Positions 55,772-64,000 of a DNA stretch of 64,000 bases are shown here, in pieces. Within the stretch, counting starts at the first letter, position 1, and each line of letters starts with the position of its first letter. Where the stretch lies: positions 6,234 to 70,233 of the forward strand of contig WXFE01000017.1 of NCBI GenBank assembly GCA_009881065.1. The letters are read 5' to 3'. Source of the DNA: Bacteroidales bacterium. GTDB taxonomy: Bacteria > Bacteroidota > Bacteroidia > Bacteroidales > VadinHA17. Both the position numbers and the translations under genes were made by a program. Below the pieces are notes generated by a model, which was not told the origin of the DNA, made no database searches, and worked only from the letters and a program-made list of their open reading frames with translations.

Positions 55772-58700
55772 TTAAGGTACCCTGGTACCTATAAACAGGA
55801 TATCATCCACCTGTGCCAGTTCACCCATCCACTCCCTGATGGCTTTTTCAAGACGGCGCTTCTGCTCCTCAACGGAAAACATATAGATTTCAGAGAGCAG
55901 CGACCTGATTTTCAGGGTCTTGAACTTTTTCTCGTGCTCCCCGCCAAACTGGTCGGCAAAGCCGTCTGTGAAGATATAGAGCATGTCTCCGGACTTTACG
56001 TCCACCAGGTTGTTGGTAAAACTCTTCCTGGCCTGGCCGTCGATCATTCCTATCGGGAAGCGGTCACCCCTGTATACCGTAACCTTGCCGTCACGGACGT
56101 GATAGAGGGGCTGGTACGCCCCGGCATACTCAACGGTATGCTCGAGAATATCATATGAGATAACCGAGATATCCATCCCGTCCCTGACAGCCTTTTCGCT
56201 GCGCTGCAGCAGGGCATGCACCACCTCGATGTTCAGGTGGTCAAGTATGTCAGAGGGTTTTTCAATACCACTCTCCCTGACAATCTTGTTGAGGGAGTTG
56301 TGGCCTATTATTGACATGAAGGCGCCGGGAACGCCGTGACCGGTACAGTCAACAGCAGCAATATACTGCTTGTAGCCGGTGTCATACATCCAGTAAAAGT
56401 CGCCGCTGACAATGTCTCTCGGCATGAACAGCACGAAGGTGTCATTGAAGTAATTCTCCGGGGGCAGCATGGCTGCCTGTATCCTCTCTGCATACCTGAT
56501 GCTGGCGGTGGTGTCCCTGTTCTTCTCCTCCAGCTCATGACTCTTGCTGACAACCTCGGCAGTGCGCTCCTTAACCTTCTGCTCAAGATGCTCCTTCTCC
56601 CGGCGCAGTTTTCTCTCGCGGAGGCTTATATAGAGATATACACCAGCCACTGCCACGGCTATGCAGAGTATGATGAACCAGGATGTCAGATATACCGGCC
56701 CCCTGATGGAGAATGACAGTTTTGCCGGCACCTCGTTCCAGAAACCGTAATTGTTTGAAGCTTTCACCAGGAAGATATACTTGCCGGGTCTGAGTGACGA
56801 GTAGACCGCCCTGTTCTGGTCAGTGGTGATCCACTCCTTGTCAGCGCCCTCAAGCATGAACTGGTATCTCACGGCGCCGGGATTAACAAGGCAGATGCTC
56901 AGGAAGTCAAAAATTATCCTGTTCTGGGTGTGGAGGAGCCTTATTCCGTCATGCATGGGATAGACCTCATAGTTGACCAGGGTTCTCCATATATGTGTTG
57001 CCGGTTCTGTCACCACCGGAGGTAACATGGAGGGAGAGAGCCTCATGGCCCCGTTGGAAGTGCCAAACCAGAGATCGCCCATGTCATCGGCAAATGAAGC
57101 ATTGGGCCTTGTCTCAATTCCGGTGAATCCGCTCTTTTCGGTGAATGATGATATCCGGCCGGTATTGCTGTCATACCTGTTCAGCCCCAGGTTGGTGCCG
57201 ATGAACAGGTTGCCGGACCTGTCAGGCTGAAGAAGGTTGATTGAATTCATCAGCAGCCCTTCAGCCTCGGTGAGTTTCTTTTTCACCGTGTCATTGCTCA
57301 GGCCGTAGAGTCCGTCAATTGTCCCCACCCAGATCATTCCGTCAGGAGTCTCGGTGATGGCTGTCGGATGCACATCTGATCTGAAGGTCAGGGTGATGAA
57401 AGTGCCGTTCCCGGGGTTGAGCCTGGCAAGGCCTTTTTGTTCCTCCGTGCCTATCCAGAGTGAGCCCCGGCTGTCACAGAAGAGGGCTGTGATATTGTTT
57501 CCCGTCAGGCCGTCGCTCCGGGTATATTTCGTGCTTTTCTTGAGCTGCGGATCCCACATGATGAGTGCCCCGTCAGTGCCGATCCAGAGGTTGTTTCTCT
57601 GGTCAGTGGTCATGGCAGTGATTCTCAGCGGGCGGAGGCTGGCGTTAAGGTCAAGGTCATACCGGAAATTCTTATCATCAGTGTCATAGCGGTAGACTTC
57701 GTCGCCTGCCGTGGCAATCCATACGTTCCCCTCCTTGTCAGGCCTGATGATGCTTATCTGTGTCTCCTCAAGCGACGGCGGGAATCCCCTGAGCCTGACA
57801 CGGTCATCCTCTTTAAGGGCGGGGTTGTAGAGCGAGAGGCCACTGCCGGTGCCGAACCAGTATCTGCCTGTATGATCCTGGGCGAGGGTGAAGACATCAT
57901 TTGACGGCATGAACCGCGGCGCCATGAACGAGGCGAAGTGATCACCCTTGTAAATGAAAAGGCCGGCATCGCGGTCAGCTATCAGGATATTCTTCTCCTT
58001 GTCCTCAATCATGCAGAGGATATGCTGTGCCTGCAGACCGTTGCTGTTGTTGTAGACAACTGTTCCCTCCGGTGAAAATACCGTTATCCCTCCCCTGCTC
58101 TCCCAGTCTTCCATTGAGGCTACCCAGATATTGCCGCGATAGTCTTCAAGGATGTATGAGACAAAGTTGCCCCAGAGGCCGTTGCGGGTATCAAACAGTC
58201 CCATCTTGCCCGTCTCACTGTCCTGCCTGTAAAGCCCGCCGTTGAAGGTGCCGAACCACATGTTGCCGCGGGAGTCCTCGAAGATGGTTGTTGTCAGGAA
58301 GTAGCGTGTAAGTCCTTCCGGATGGAAAGGAATGAACCTGTCACTTGCATGGTCATACTTCCTGATGCCCACGTCGGTGATGCAGTAGAGGTTTTCGCGG
58401 TGATCGGCATAAAGGCCGAAGGCATCATTGCTGAGTCCCTGGCGGCCGGTGTACTGCTGGCCGGTCATCACCCTGACACCATGCCCGGGCATGTCAAGCT
58501 TCAACGCTCCGCTGCGGGAGGTTGAGACCCAGATTGAACCACCATATTCAGTGATTCCGGTAATATCTCCCGTCAGGCTGTTTATGGGCTTCAGCGGGTC
58601 TCTGATACGGGCAGAATCAACCCCGATGAAAATGGAAGGGGAAAAGCAGACTCGTCTGATTATGTTGTCCTCTATTATTGAGACACCCCCTCCGATATGC

Positions 58701-59014
58701 CCCAGCCAGAGTCTGCCGCGACTGTCCTCGCAGATGCTTTTTACACCTCCGGGAGCAAGGCTGTCAGAAGTGGAGAAGTTTTCAAAGTGCAGGCCATCAA
58801 AGCGGGTGAGGCCGCTACCGGTACCAAGCCAGATGAATTCGTTGGCATCCTGTATGATTGTATAAACCTTGGAGGCGCTCAGCCCCTCCTTGGAGCCATA
58901 CTGTTCAAAATAGAATGTCTGACCGGATAGCCGCGGAATAAGTATAACATGAGACAGAAGCAGTAATGCCAGGATAATAATAGATCTGCCGGAGTTTCTG
59001 CCTCGTCCTCGCAT
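55772..59014 (-). CDS. Sensor protein: periplasmic two-component-regulator propeller repeats + Y_Y_Y domain, TM helix, coiled coil, C-terminal PP2C/SpoIIE phosphatase (SiaA/RsbU-like)
   Basis: 1080 aa with an N-terminal signal/TM segment. Many propeller blades with W(I/L/F)GT..G(L/A) motifs are followed by TM WFIILCIAVAVAGVYLYISL. The PP2C motifs are SGDFYWMYD, DCTGHGVPGAFMS, DGMDISVISYD and FTDGFADQFGG. Confidence 0.85.
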   Translation of the reverse strand: MRGRGRNSGRSIIILALLLLSHVILIPRLSGQTFYFEQYGSKEGLSASKVYTIIQDANEFIWLGTGSGLTRFDGLHFENFSTSDSLAPGGVKSICEDSRGRLWLGHIGGGVSIIEDNIIRRVCFSPSIFIGVDSARIRDPLKPINSLTGDITGITEYGGSIWVSTSRSGALKLDMPGHGVRVMTGQQYTGRQGLSNDAFGLYADHRENLYCITDVGIRKYDHASDRFIPFHPEGLTRYFLTTTIFEDSRGNMWFGTFNGGLYRQDSETGKMGLFDTRNGLWGNFVSYILEDYRGNIWVASMEDWESRGGITVFSPEGTVVYNNSNGLQAQHILCMIEDKEKNILIADRDAGLFIYKGDHFASFMAPRFMPSNDVFTLAQDHTGRYWFGTGSGLSLYNPALKEDDRVRLRGFPPSLEETQISIIRPDKEGNVWIATAGDEVYRYDTDDKNFRYDLDLNASLRPLRITAMTTDQRNNLWIGTDGALIMWDPQLKKSTKYTRSDGLTGNNITALFCDSRGSLWIGTEEQKGLARLNPGNGTFITLTFRSDVHPTAITETPDGMIWVGTIDGLYGLSNDTVKKKLTEAEGLLMNSINLLQPDRSGNLFIGTNLGLNRYDSNTGRISSFTEKSGFTGIETRPNASFADDMGDLWFGTSNGAMRLSPSMLPPVVTEPATHIWRTLVNYEVYPMHDGIRLLHTQNRIIFDFLSICLVNPGAVRYQFMLEGADKEWITTDQNRAVYSSLRPGKYIFLVKASNNYGFWNEVPAKLSFSIRGPVYLTSWFIILCIAVAVAGVYLYISLRERKLRREKEHLEQKVKERTAEVVSKSHELEEKNRDTTASIRYAERIQAAMLPPENYFNDTFVLFMPRDIVSGDFYWMYDTGYKQYIAAVDCTGHGVPGAFMSIIGHNSLNKIVRESGIEKPSDILDHLNIEVVHALLQRSEKAVRDGMDISVISYDILEHTVEYAGAYQPLYHVRDGKVTVYRGDRFPIGMIDGQARKSFTNNLVDVKSGDMLYIFTDGFADQFGGEHEKKFKTLKIRSLLSEIYMFSVEEQKRRLEKAIREWMGELAQVDDILFIGTRVP

Positions 59015-59237
59015 CAGATTATTTATTTACAAAGAAGAATGGTTCGTCTTCATCCTTCAGGCTGGTTATCATGCAGAAACCGGATTTCTGCCGGTTGTTT
59101 CCGGTAACGGCTTCTGTAACATGAACAATGAATGCTTGCTGCATAACTTTAGGTCCTTTCCCGGTCGGGTCTCAAAAATACGAATTAATATTTACTAATA
59201 TAAAAGCAGTTATTAACATTAATTATACGGAATTCTC

Positions 59238-60287
59238 CTAAAAATGATACGCGAATTCCAGAATACTTTTGTCAAAAAGCACTGTTTCCCCGGGAGTGAA
59301 TCCGGGGAACGGATCGGGCACCCCGTCACCGAAGCTTGCAGTGCCGGTGAATCGCCGTGCTTCATCCCACTGCCCCGATTCAATGAAACTGCCTATGATG
59401 TATGCTCCGCCTTCAACAAAGAGTGACTGTATGCCCTCCTGCCACAGATTTGCCAGCACCTCGCCGATAAACGGTTCAGCGCCCGTCAGTGTGACGGTTC
59501 TGGTGTTACGGAATTGCGCCTGTCCGTTGCAGGTATAGAGAACCGTCTCAGCTCTCCCGTCAAAGAGTGACGAATCAGGATCAAGGTTTCCGCTGCGGCT
59601 GACGATGATACGTACCGGATTCCGGCCGCTCCAGTACCTGACGGTCAGCGATGGATTGTCAGCACGTATGGTTCCTCCGCCAGCGAGAATGGCATCTTCC
59701 ATGGCGCGCCAGCGGTGGACGAGAACGCGCTCTGCCATCCCTGTGATCCAGGTTGGCCCTGGCGGGTCAGATTCCTTCCTGCACCGGTCGATGAAACCGT
59801 CTGCACTGCGGGCCCACTTGAGTATCACGTATGGCCTCTTTTTTTCATGCCAGGTGAAGAAGCGCCTGTTGAGACGGCGGCACTCCTCCTCCGCCACACC
59901 GGTTATCACCTCCACTCCTGCCTGCCTCAGGCGGGCAATCCCCCTGCCTGCCACCAGCGGGTTGGTGTCTGCGGCGCCGATAACCACCCGGCGTATGCCG
60001 CTGCTGACTATCAGGTCAGCACATGGGGGAGTGCGTCCCTGGTGTGAGCATGGCTCGAGGGTGACATAAATGGTTGAGGATGGCAGCAGAGTGCGATCGC
60101 TGACGGCATTGATGGCATGCACCTCCGCATGGGGGGTGCCAGCTTTCAGATGATACCCTTCTCCGATAATGACGCCGTTATGCACTACCACCGCGCCCAC
60201 CATGGGGTTGGGTGAGGTGCATCCCTCAGCCATTGCTGCCAGCTGCAGGGCGCGTCTCATCCATATCAGGTCATCAGGTCGGGGCAT
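59238..60287 (-). CDS. ribD: Bifunctional riboflavin biosynthesis protein RibD (deaminase/reductase)
   Basis: Deaminase zinc motifs HAEVHAI and TLEPCSHQGRTPPC, followed by a C-terminal RibD_C reductase domain. Confidence 0.92.
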   Translation of the reverse strand: MPRPDDLIWMRRALQLAAMAEGCTSPNPMVGAVVVHNGVIIGEGYHLKAGTPHAEVHAINAVSDRTLLPSSTIYVTLEPCSHQGRTPPCADLIVSSGIRRVVIGAADTNPLVAGRGIARLRQAGVEVITGVAEEECRRLNRRFFTWHEKKRPYVILKWARSADGFIDRCRKESDPPGPTWITGMAERVLVHRWRAMEDAILAGGGTIRADNPSLTVRYWSGRNPVRIIVSRSGNLDPDSSLFDGRAETVLYTCNGQAQFRNTRTVTLTGAEPFIGEVLANLWQEGIQSLFVEGGAYIIGSFIESGQWDEARRFTGTASFGDGVPDPFPGFTPGETVLFDKSILEFAYHF

Positions 60288-60300
60288 GAGCTCAATTTCC

Positions 60301-60308
60301 TATCTTTG
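60301..60308 (+). promoter_or_regulatory. -7 promoter box TATCTTTG only 4 nt upstream of the prmC ATG
   Basis: Exact TAnnTTTG match inside the 25-nt ribD/prmC divergent gap. Confidence 0.4.
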
Positions 60309-60312
60309 AATC

Positions 60313-61179
60313 ATGGACGGAAAGGTACAAACAATAAGCGAAATCCGTGGTCGTATCACTGAATTGCTTAAGGCGGGATGGCCTGCGGAGGAGGCTGCGG
60401 CGCTGGCGTCAGCCATCATAGGTGAGTATACCGGGATGGGCAGGGCGGCGCAGATGGCTTTTGGAGAGCGTGTCCCGGAGGCTGGTGCCGCCGCCCGTAT
60501 AGAGAATGCCGTGGCACGCGCCGCAGCCGGCGAACCGCTGCAGTATATCCTTGGTTATACGGAGTTTTGCGGACACAGGATTGAGGTGGCGCCGGGTGTT
60601 CTCATACCAAGACCCGAGACAGAGGAGATGACCATGATGATCATAAGTGAAAACAGCGGCTTCACCGGCACCGTCACCGACATCTGCACAGGATCAGGGT
60701 GCATGGCAATTGCCATGGCCATGGCATTCCCCCGTGCAACTGTTGCGGCAACAGAGCTGTCAGGCGCAGCACTGGAGATGGCACGGCGAAACATTAGCAG
60801 CAACGGAGCAGCCGTGACACTGATAAAATCTGACATCCTGAATGATGACCCCCTGCAGATACCCCTGAGCAGTATCATCGTCAGCAATCCGCCATATATC
60901 ACCATGCGCGAGAAGGCGATGATGCACCGCAACGTGCTTGATCATGAGCCCCATGAAGCCCTGTTTGTGCCTGATGACAATCCGTTGCTTTACTACCGGG
61001 CCATGGCAGCCGTGGCTGAAACACGTCTCCTGCCCGGAGGAACCCTGTGGCTTGAGGTGAATGAGAATCTTGCAGGAGAGACCGCTGCACTGCTGTCACC
61101 GAAAAGCTACAGTGAGGTGCGGATTATAAGGGATATAAGGGGAAAAGAGAGATTTATCAAAGCTGAGAAATATGGCTGA
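60313..61179 (+). CDS. prmC: Peptide chain release factor N5-glutamine methyltransferase
   Basis: SAM-binding motif DICTGSGCMAI and catalytic motif VSNPPY. Confidence 0.9.
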   Translation: MDGKVQTISEIRGRITELLKAGWPAEEAAALASAIIGEYTGMGRAAQMAFGERVPEAGAAARIENAVARAAAGEPLQYILGYTEFCGHRIEVAPGVLIPRPETEEMTMMIISENSGFTGTVTDICTGSGCMAIAMAMAFPRATVAATELSGAALEMARRNISSNGAAVTLIKSDILNDDPLQIPLSSIIVSNPPYITMREKAMMHRNVLDHEPHEALFVPDDNPLLYYRAMAAVAETRLLPGGTLWLEVNENLAGETAALLSPKSYSEVRIIRDIRGKERFIKAEKYG

Positions 61180-61660
61180 AAAGAAAGAGATGGATGAGTT
61201 GCTGCAAAGGGCAATGAGAGCCTGCTCGGCAAGGGAATACTGTATCAGTGATATCGAGGCGCTGCTTGAACGCTGGGGTGCTGACAGCGCTGAGACACGC
61301 ACCCGTATCATCGGGAGGCTGATAAAGGAAAAGTTCATTGATGAACAACGCTACAGCAGGGCATTCGTGCTTGACCATTTCAGGCACAGCCTGTGGGGGC
61401 GCGTAAAGATCAGCATGGCACTCAAACAGAAAAAGATCAACCCGGAAGCCATAGCATCAGGGATGGAAGCAATTGATGAAGATGAATACCTGCAATTGCT
61501 GCAAAAAATCCTGAGCGATCAGCGCAGGAGGATAAAGGCAAAAAACAGGCTTGATCTCAAGGGAAAGCTTCTCAGATATGCACTGGGAAAAGGCTTTGAG
61601 AGCCACCTTGTCTATGATGCTATCAACTCACTTCTGTGTGAGGGAGATGATGCTGAGTGA
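61172..61660 (+). CDS. recX: Recombination regulator RecX
   Basis: 162 aa. ACSAREYCISDIEALLERWG, FIDEQRYSRAFVLDHFRHSLWGRVKISMALKQKKI and three-helix repeats typical of RecX. Confidence 0.8.
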   Translation: MAEKKEMDELLQRAMRACSAREYCISDIEALLERWGADSAETRTRIIGRLIKEKFIDEQRYSRAFVLDHFRHSLWGRVKISMALKQKKINPEAIASGMEAIDEDEYLQLLQKILSDQRRRIKAKNRLDLKGKLLRYALGKGFESHLVYDAINSLLCEGDDAE

Positions 61661-61696
61661 GTGGGGTACTGCCGGGCGGGAGAGATTCCTCATATC

Positions 61697-62116
61697 TCAG
61701 AACAGGCTGATCCACAGCATCCTGATAAACGGCCAAAAGGCAGCCAGGGTCATCACGCCGGATATGACAGCATCAGTAACGGCAACCACCCTGAGATTCC
61801 GCTTCACCCACATGGCCGTCACTGCAAGACCGGAACGCATCACAAGCTGAAGTGCAAAAAAGATGAACACCCTGAGCGACTGACTGTTCCACTCCAGCGC
61901 CTCATCAACCCTGCCGCGGACGATAAGTGAAAATGCATGCGACAGACCGCATGAGGGGCATGGCTCACCGGTCAGTTTCTCATGAATGCATGGGACCGGG
62001 TACTCATCCTCCTCAGGCGAATAAAAAAGGGAGTAACCCATGATCAACAGGATTACTCCGGCAAGTATAAGATTAAGTATCAGATACGGCCTTGCAGCCC
62101 GGTTTGGCCTCACCAC
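61697..62116 (-). CDS. DUF2752 family membrane protein
   Basis: CIHEKLTGEPCPSCGLSHAF matches the DUF2752 C..tG..CPgCG motif. Flanking TM helices are present. Confidence 0.7.
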   Translation of the reverse strand: MVRPNRAARPYLILNLILAGVILLIMGYSLFYSPEEDEYPVPCIHEKLTGEPCPSCGLSHAFSLIVRGRVDEALEWNSQSLRVFIFFALQLVMRSGLAVTAMWVKRNLRVVAVTDAVISGVMTLAAFWPFIRMLWISLF

Positions 62117-62610
62117 TCTCCCTTTGTGGTGTCAGAGCGGCTCTTCAGGGTGTCAACAGACCCTTCAAGCTCCTCCAGCCTCTCCTCAAGATCACCCCTC
62201 TTTCCGGAAGACTTTATCTCCACGGTTTCATCATCCTTGTTGATCTTGATTGTCACCTCCTGGTCACCGAACTCATCCTCGATGTCATCGGCAACATTCC
62301 TTATAACCTTCTCGATATTCGTTGCCCAGCTGCCCGATTTTTCTGCAATCTTGCCGAGGACAAAGATCTGTGAGGCTGATATCATCAGGGCGATAATGCC
62401 TACTACAAGTCCGCCAACGAGCATCCCCTGGTTAACCTGGGGTCTTGAGAGCCCTATTATGGCAAGGACAATGGCTATCACTGCCGGGATTACAGCAACC
62501 AGGCCTACGCATGGAATAACTGCCAGCAGGAAAGCTATTATGGCGGTTACAAGGGCGCCAACACCCATTCCTGTTCCTGACGACTGTCCGGCGGATTTTT
62601 CTTCTTCCAT
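62110..62610 (-). CDS. Membrane protein (DUF4190-like N-terminal TM pair + acidic soluble tail)
   Basis: 166 aa with glycine/valine-rich TM helices followed by an acidic C-terminal region. There is a 7-nt overlap with the DUF2752 gene. Confidence 0.55.
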   Translation of the reverse strand: MEEEKSAGQSSGTGMGVGALVTAIIAFLLAVIPCVGLVAVIPAVIAIVLAIIGLSRPQVNQGMLVGGLVVGIIALMISASQIFVLGKIAEKSGSWATNIEKVIRNVADDIEDEFGDQEVTIKINKDDETVEIKSSGKRGDLEERLEELEGSVDTLKSRSDTTKGEW

Positions 62611-62631
62611 TGGTTCATGTATTAATTGTTC

Positions 62632-63285
62632 CTAATTTCCTTTGAGGATATTTCTTGTATCCTGTTCTAAAGACGTCTCAGGAACTTCAATGATGCGTCC
62701 CTTTTCAATATTTTTTTTATAAAAAATAAATGTCGGTACTCTTTCAATAGCCAGCTGAAAGTAATCTTCAAGTGGTGCCACCTTGTTTATGTCAACCCCA
62801 ATGAATTTGATTCTGTCATGCGGAAATCCCCACAGGTCAGCAATTTTCATAAAGCGCGGAACCTCTCTCCTGCTATCGGGGCACCATGTTCCTATTACGA
62901 TTGTGATTGTCAGGTCATCCTTTTCGATTTCCATTAATTCCGCCATTACTTCCTGGTCAGGCTGGTAACCGGCGTAGCCTTCATGATACCATTCTGAATG
63001 CGGAGGATTGTTCAGCATCCCGGGTAAGAATTCTCCCAGCAGCCATGTGGTGGCATCGCGGAAATCCCATACGTGTGCGGCTCCCTCATCACCTTCCGGT
63101 TTCCCTGCAAGGGCGGCATTGCCGAAGGGGGCAACATCCGGAACCTGTGCCTCGGGCTGCTGTTGTTCTGCGGCTACTGCAGCAGAGGGTTCCCCGGCTA
63201 CTGCCACATTCTTCCGGCCGGCGCTGCAGCCGGCAAGGAGAGCGATGGCCACCACTGACAGCAAGGCGAAAGCTGTTCTCATCAT
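62632..63285 (-). CDS. Thioredoxin-fold lipoprotein with CxxS motif
   Basis: Lipobox LLAGCS. The thioredoxin-like core is [19 protein letters not shown] ... VPTFIFYKK, with WCPDS replacing WCxxC. Confidence 0.7.
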   Translation of the reverse strand: MMRTAFALLSVVAIALLAGCSAGRKNVAVAGEPSAAVAAEQQQPEAQVPDVAPFGNAALAGKPEGDEGAAHVWDFRDATTWLLGEFLPGMLNNPPHSEWYHEGYAGYQPDQEVMAELMEIEKDDLTITIVIGTWCPDSRREVPRFMKIADLWGFPHDRIKFIGVDINKVAPLEDYFQLAIERVPTFIFYKKNIEKGRIIEVPETSLEQDTRNILKGN

Positions 63286-64000
63286 ACCGTTTGCAACAAC
63301 AAGGTTAATATCTCTTTTGCTGTTTTTGCCACTGATGTGCCCGGGCCAAAGATTGCTGCCACACCGGCATCATAAAGGAACTGGTAGTCCTGCGGCGGAA
63401 TGACACCACCGGCAATCACAAGGATATCCTCCCGCCCAAGTTTCTTAAGCTCGCTGATGACCTGCGGAATAAGAGTCTTGTGACCTGCGGCAAGGCTTGA
63501 GACCCCGAGCAGGTGTACATCGTTCTCAACTGCCTGTCGTGCAGCTTCTGACGGGGTCTGGAAGAGTGGTCCGATGTCGACGTCAAATCCTATATCGGCA
63601 TATCCGGTTGATATCACCTTGGCTCCGCGGTCATGACCGTCCTGCCCCATCTTGGCTACCATTATGCGGGGTTGTCTTCCCGCCCGGGTGGCAAACTCAG
63701 CTGCCATGGCCCTTGCCTGTTCGAAATCAGAATCTGATTTGTACTCTGATGAATAAACCCCTGAAATTGTTCTAATCACAGCCTTGTACCTCCCTGCTAT
63801 TTTTTCACATGCGTATGATATTTCACCCAGTGTTGCTCTCTTTGATGCAGCATCAACGGCCAGTTCAAGCAGATTGCCCTCACCGGTTTCTGCTGCACGG
63901 GTGATGGCATCGAGAGCCCTGCGGCAATCCTCTTCGTTGCGTCCGGCCTTCACTTCGGCAAGTCTTTTCAACTGAGCTTCGCGCACTGCGCTGTTATCAA
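63282..64000 (-). CDS. mutB: Methylmalonyl-CoA mutase large subunit, C-terminal linker and B12-binding domain (5' part outside the window)
   Basis: The frame is open to the window edge (..[24 protein letters not shown]..). The B12-binding signature is [18 protein letters not shown] ... [13 protein letters not shown] ... VIAGGVIP. The GTG at 63986 in the ORF track is an internal valine. Confidence 0.9.
   Translation of the reverse strand, partial: DNSAVREAQLKRLAEVKAGRNEEDCRRALDAITRAAETGEGNLLELAVDAASKRATLGEISYACEKIAGRYKAVIRTISGVYSSEYKSDSDFEQARAMAAEFATRAGRQPRIMVAKMGQDGHDRGAKVISTGYADIGFDVDIGPLFQTPSEAARQAVENDVHLLGVSSLAAGHKTLIPQVISELKKLGREDILVIAGGVIPPQDYQFLYDAGVAAIFGPGTSVAKTAKEILTLLLQTV

Noticed and set aside
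59015-59237. I looked for an FMN riboswitch or other RNA element near ribD. I noted a GCAGAAA-CCGGA-TTTCTGC hairpin at about 59078-59096.
   Set aside because: This region is downstream of ribD, not upstream. The real upstream gap (60288-60312) is only 25 nt. The sequence lacks the conserved RFN core. The hairpin may be a ribD terminator but has no T-tract.
1-64000. A scan of the whole window for tRNA, rRNA or tmRNA genes, prophage or integrase genes, toxin-antitoxin pairs, restriction-modification systems, reverse transcriptases or other defence modules.
   Set aside because: I saw none by eye. Intergenic regions are short or occupied by the repeats described above, and every large ORF has a housekeeping or transport-type assignment. 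A tRNAscan/Infernal/defence-finder run is needed to make this negative result firm.

Overview
The window looks like a Bacteroidota chromosomal segment. Evidence: a SusC/SusD pair, a T9SS C-terminal sorting domain, TAnnTTTG -7 promoter boxes and no Shine-Dalgarno sites. It is densely coding and mostly housekeeping: lpxH, yifB/comM, mutL, two rhomboids, hppA, tsaC, rimM, rpsP, dnaE, trxA, ribD, prmC, recX and the 3' part of a methylmalonyl-CoA mutase gene.

Functional modules:
- a CecR/YbhGFSR-like TetR-TolC-HlyD-ABC-ABC2 efflux operon whose TetR gene carries two frameshifts;
- a glpD / AGPS-like flavoenzyme / FGGY-kinase operon;
- a membrane protein / wHTH / CreD module with two identical palindromic operator candidates;
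- a TonB receptor + DUF4249 pair preceded by two paralogous 2-TM proteins;
- a SusC/SusD locus followed by a Calx-beta-like lipoprotein and a T9SS-secreted C10 cysteine peptidase;
- three dispersed pieces of a SiaABC-type partner-switching circuit (a tandem SiaB-like kinase, a SiaC/DUF1987-like protein, and a propeller/Y_Y_Y sensor fused to PP2C).

The only clearly accessory stretch is an AT-rich islet at about 26.2-29.4 kb. It holds an IS4-family transposase remnant, a frameshifted CPBP protease gene and several tiny 2-TM ORFs.

The most unusual signal seen directly in the sequence is a recurring set of degenerate tandem duplications sitting exactly at gene boundaries. These occur at the lpxH stop, the DUF4249 start codon (in frame), the 3' end of a PLP dehydratase gene and the LOG/PP2C convergent gap. 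A complex interleaved repeat also lies upstream of yifB.

I found no rRNA, tRNA, CRISPR array, prophage or recognisable defence system by eye. All product calls rest on remembered family motifs, not database searches. Several frameshifts lie in homopolymer runs and may be assembly errors.
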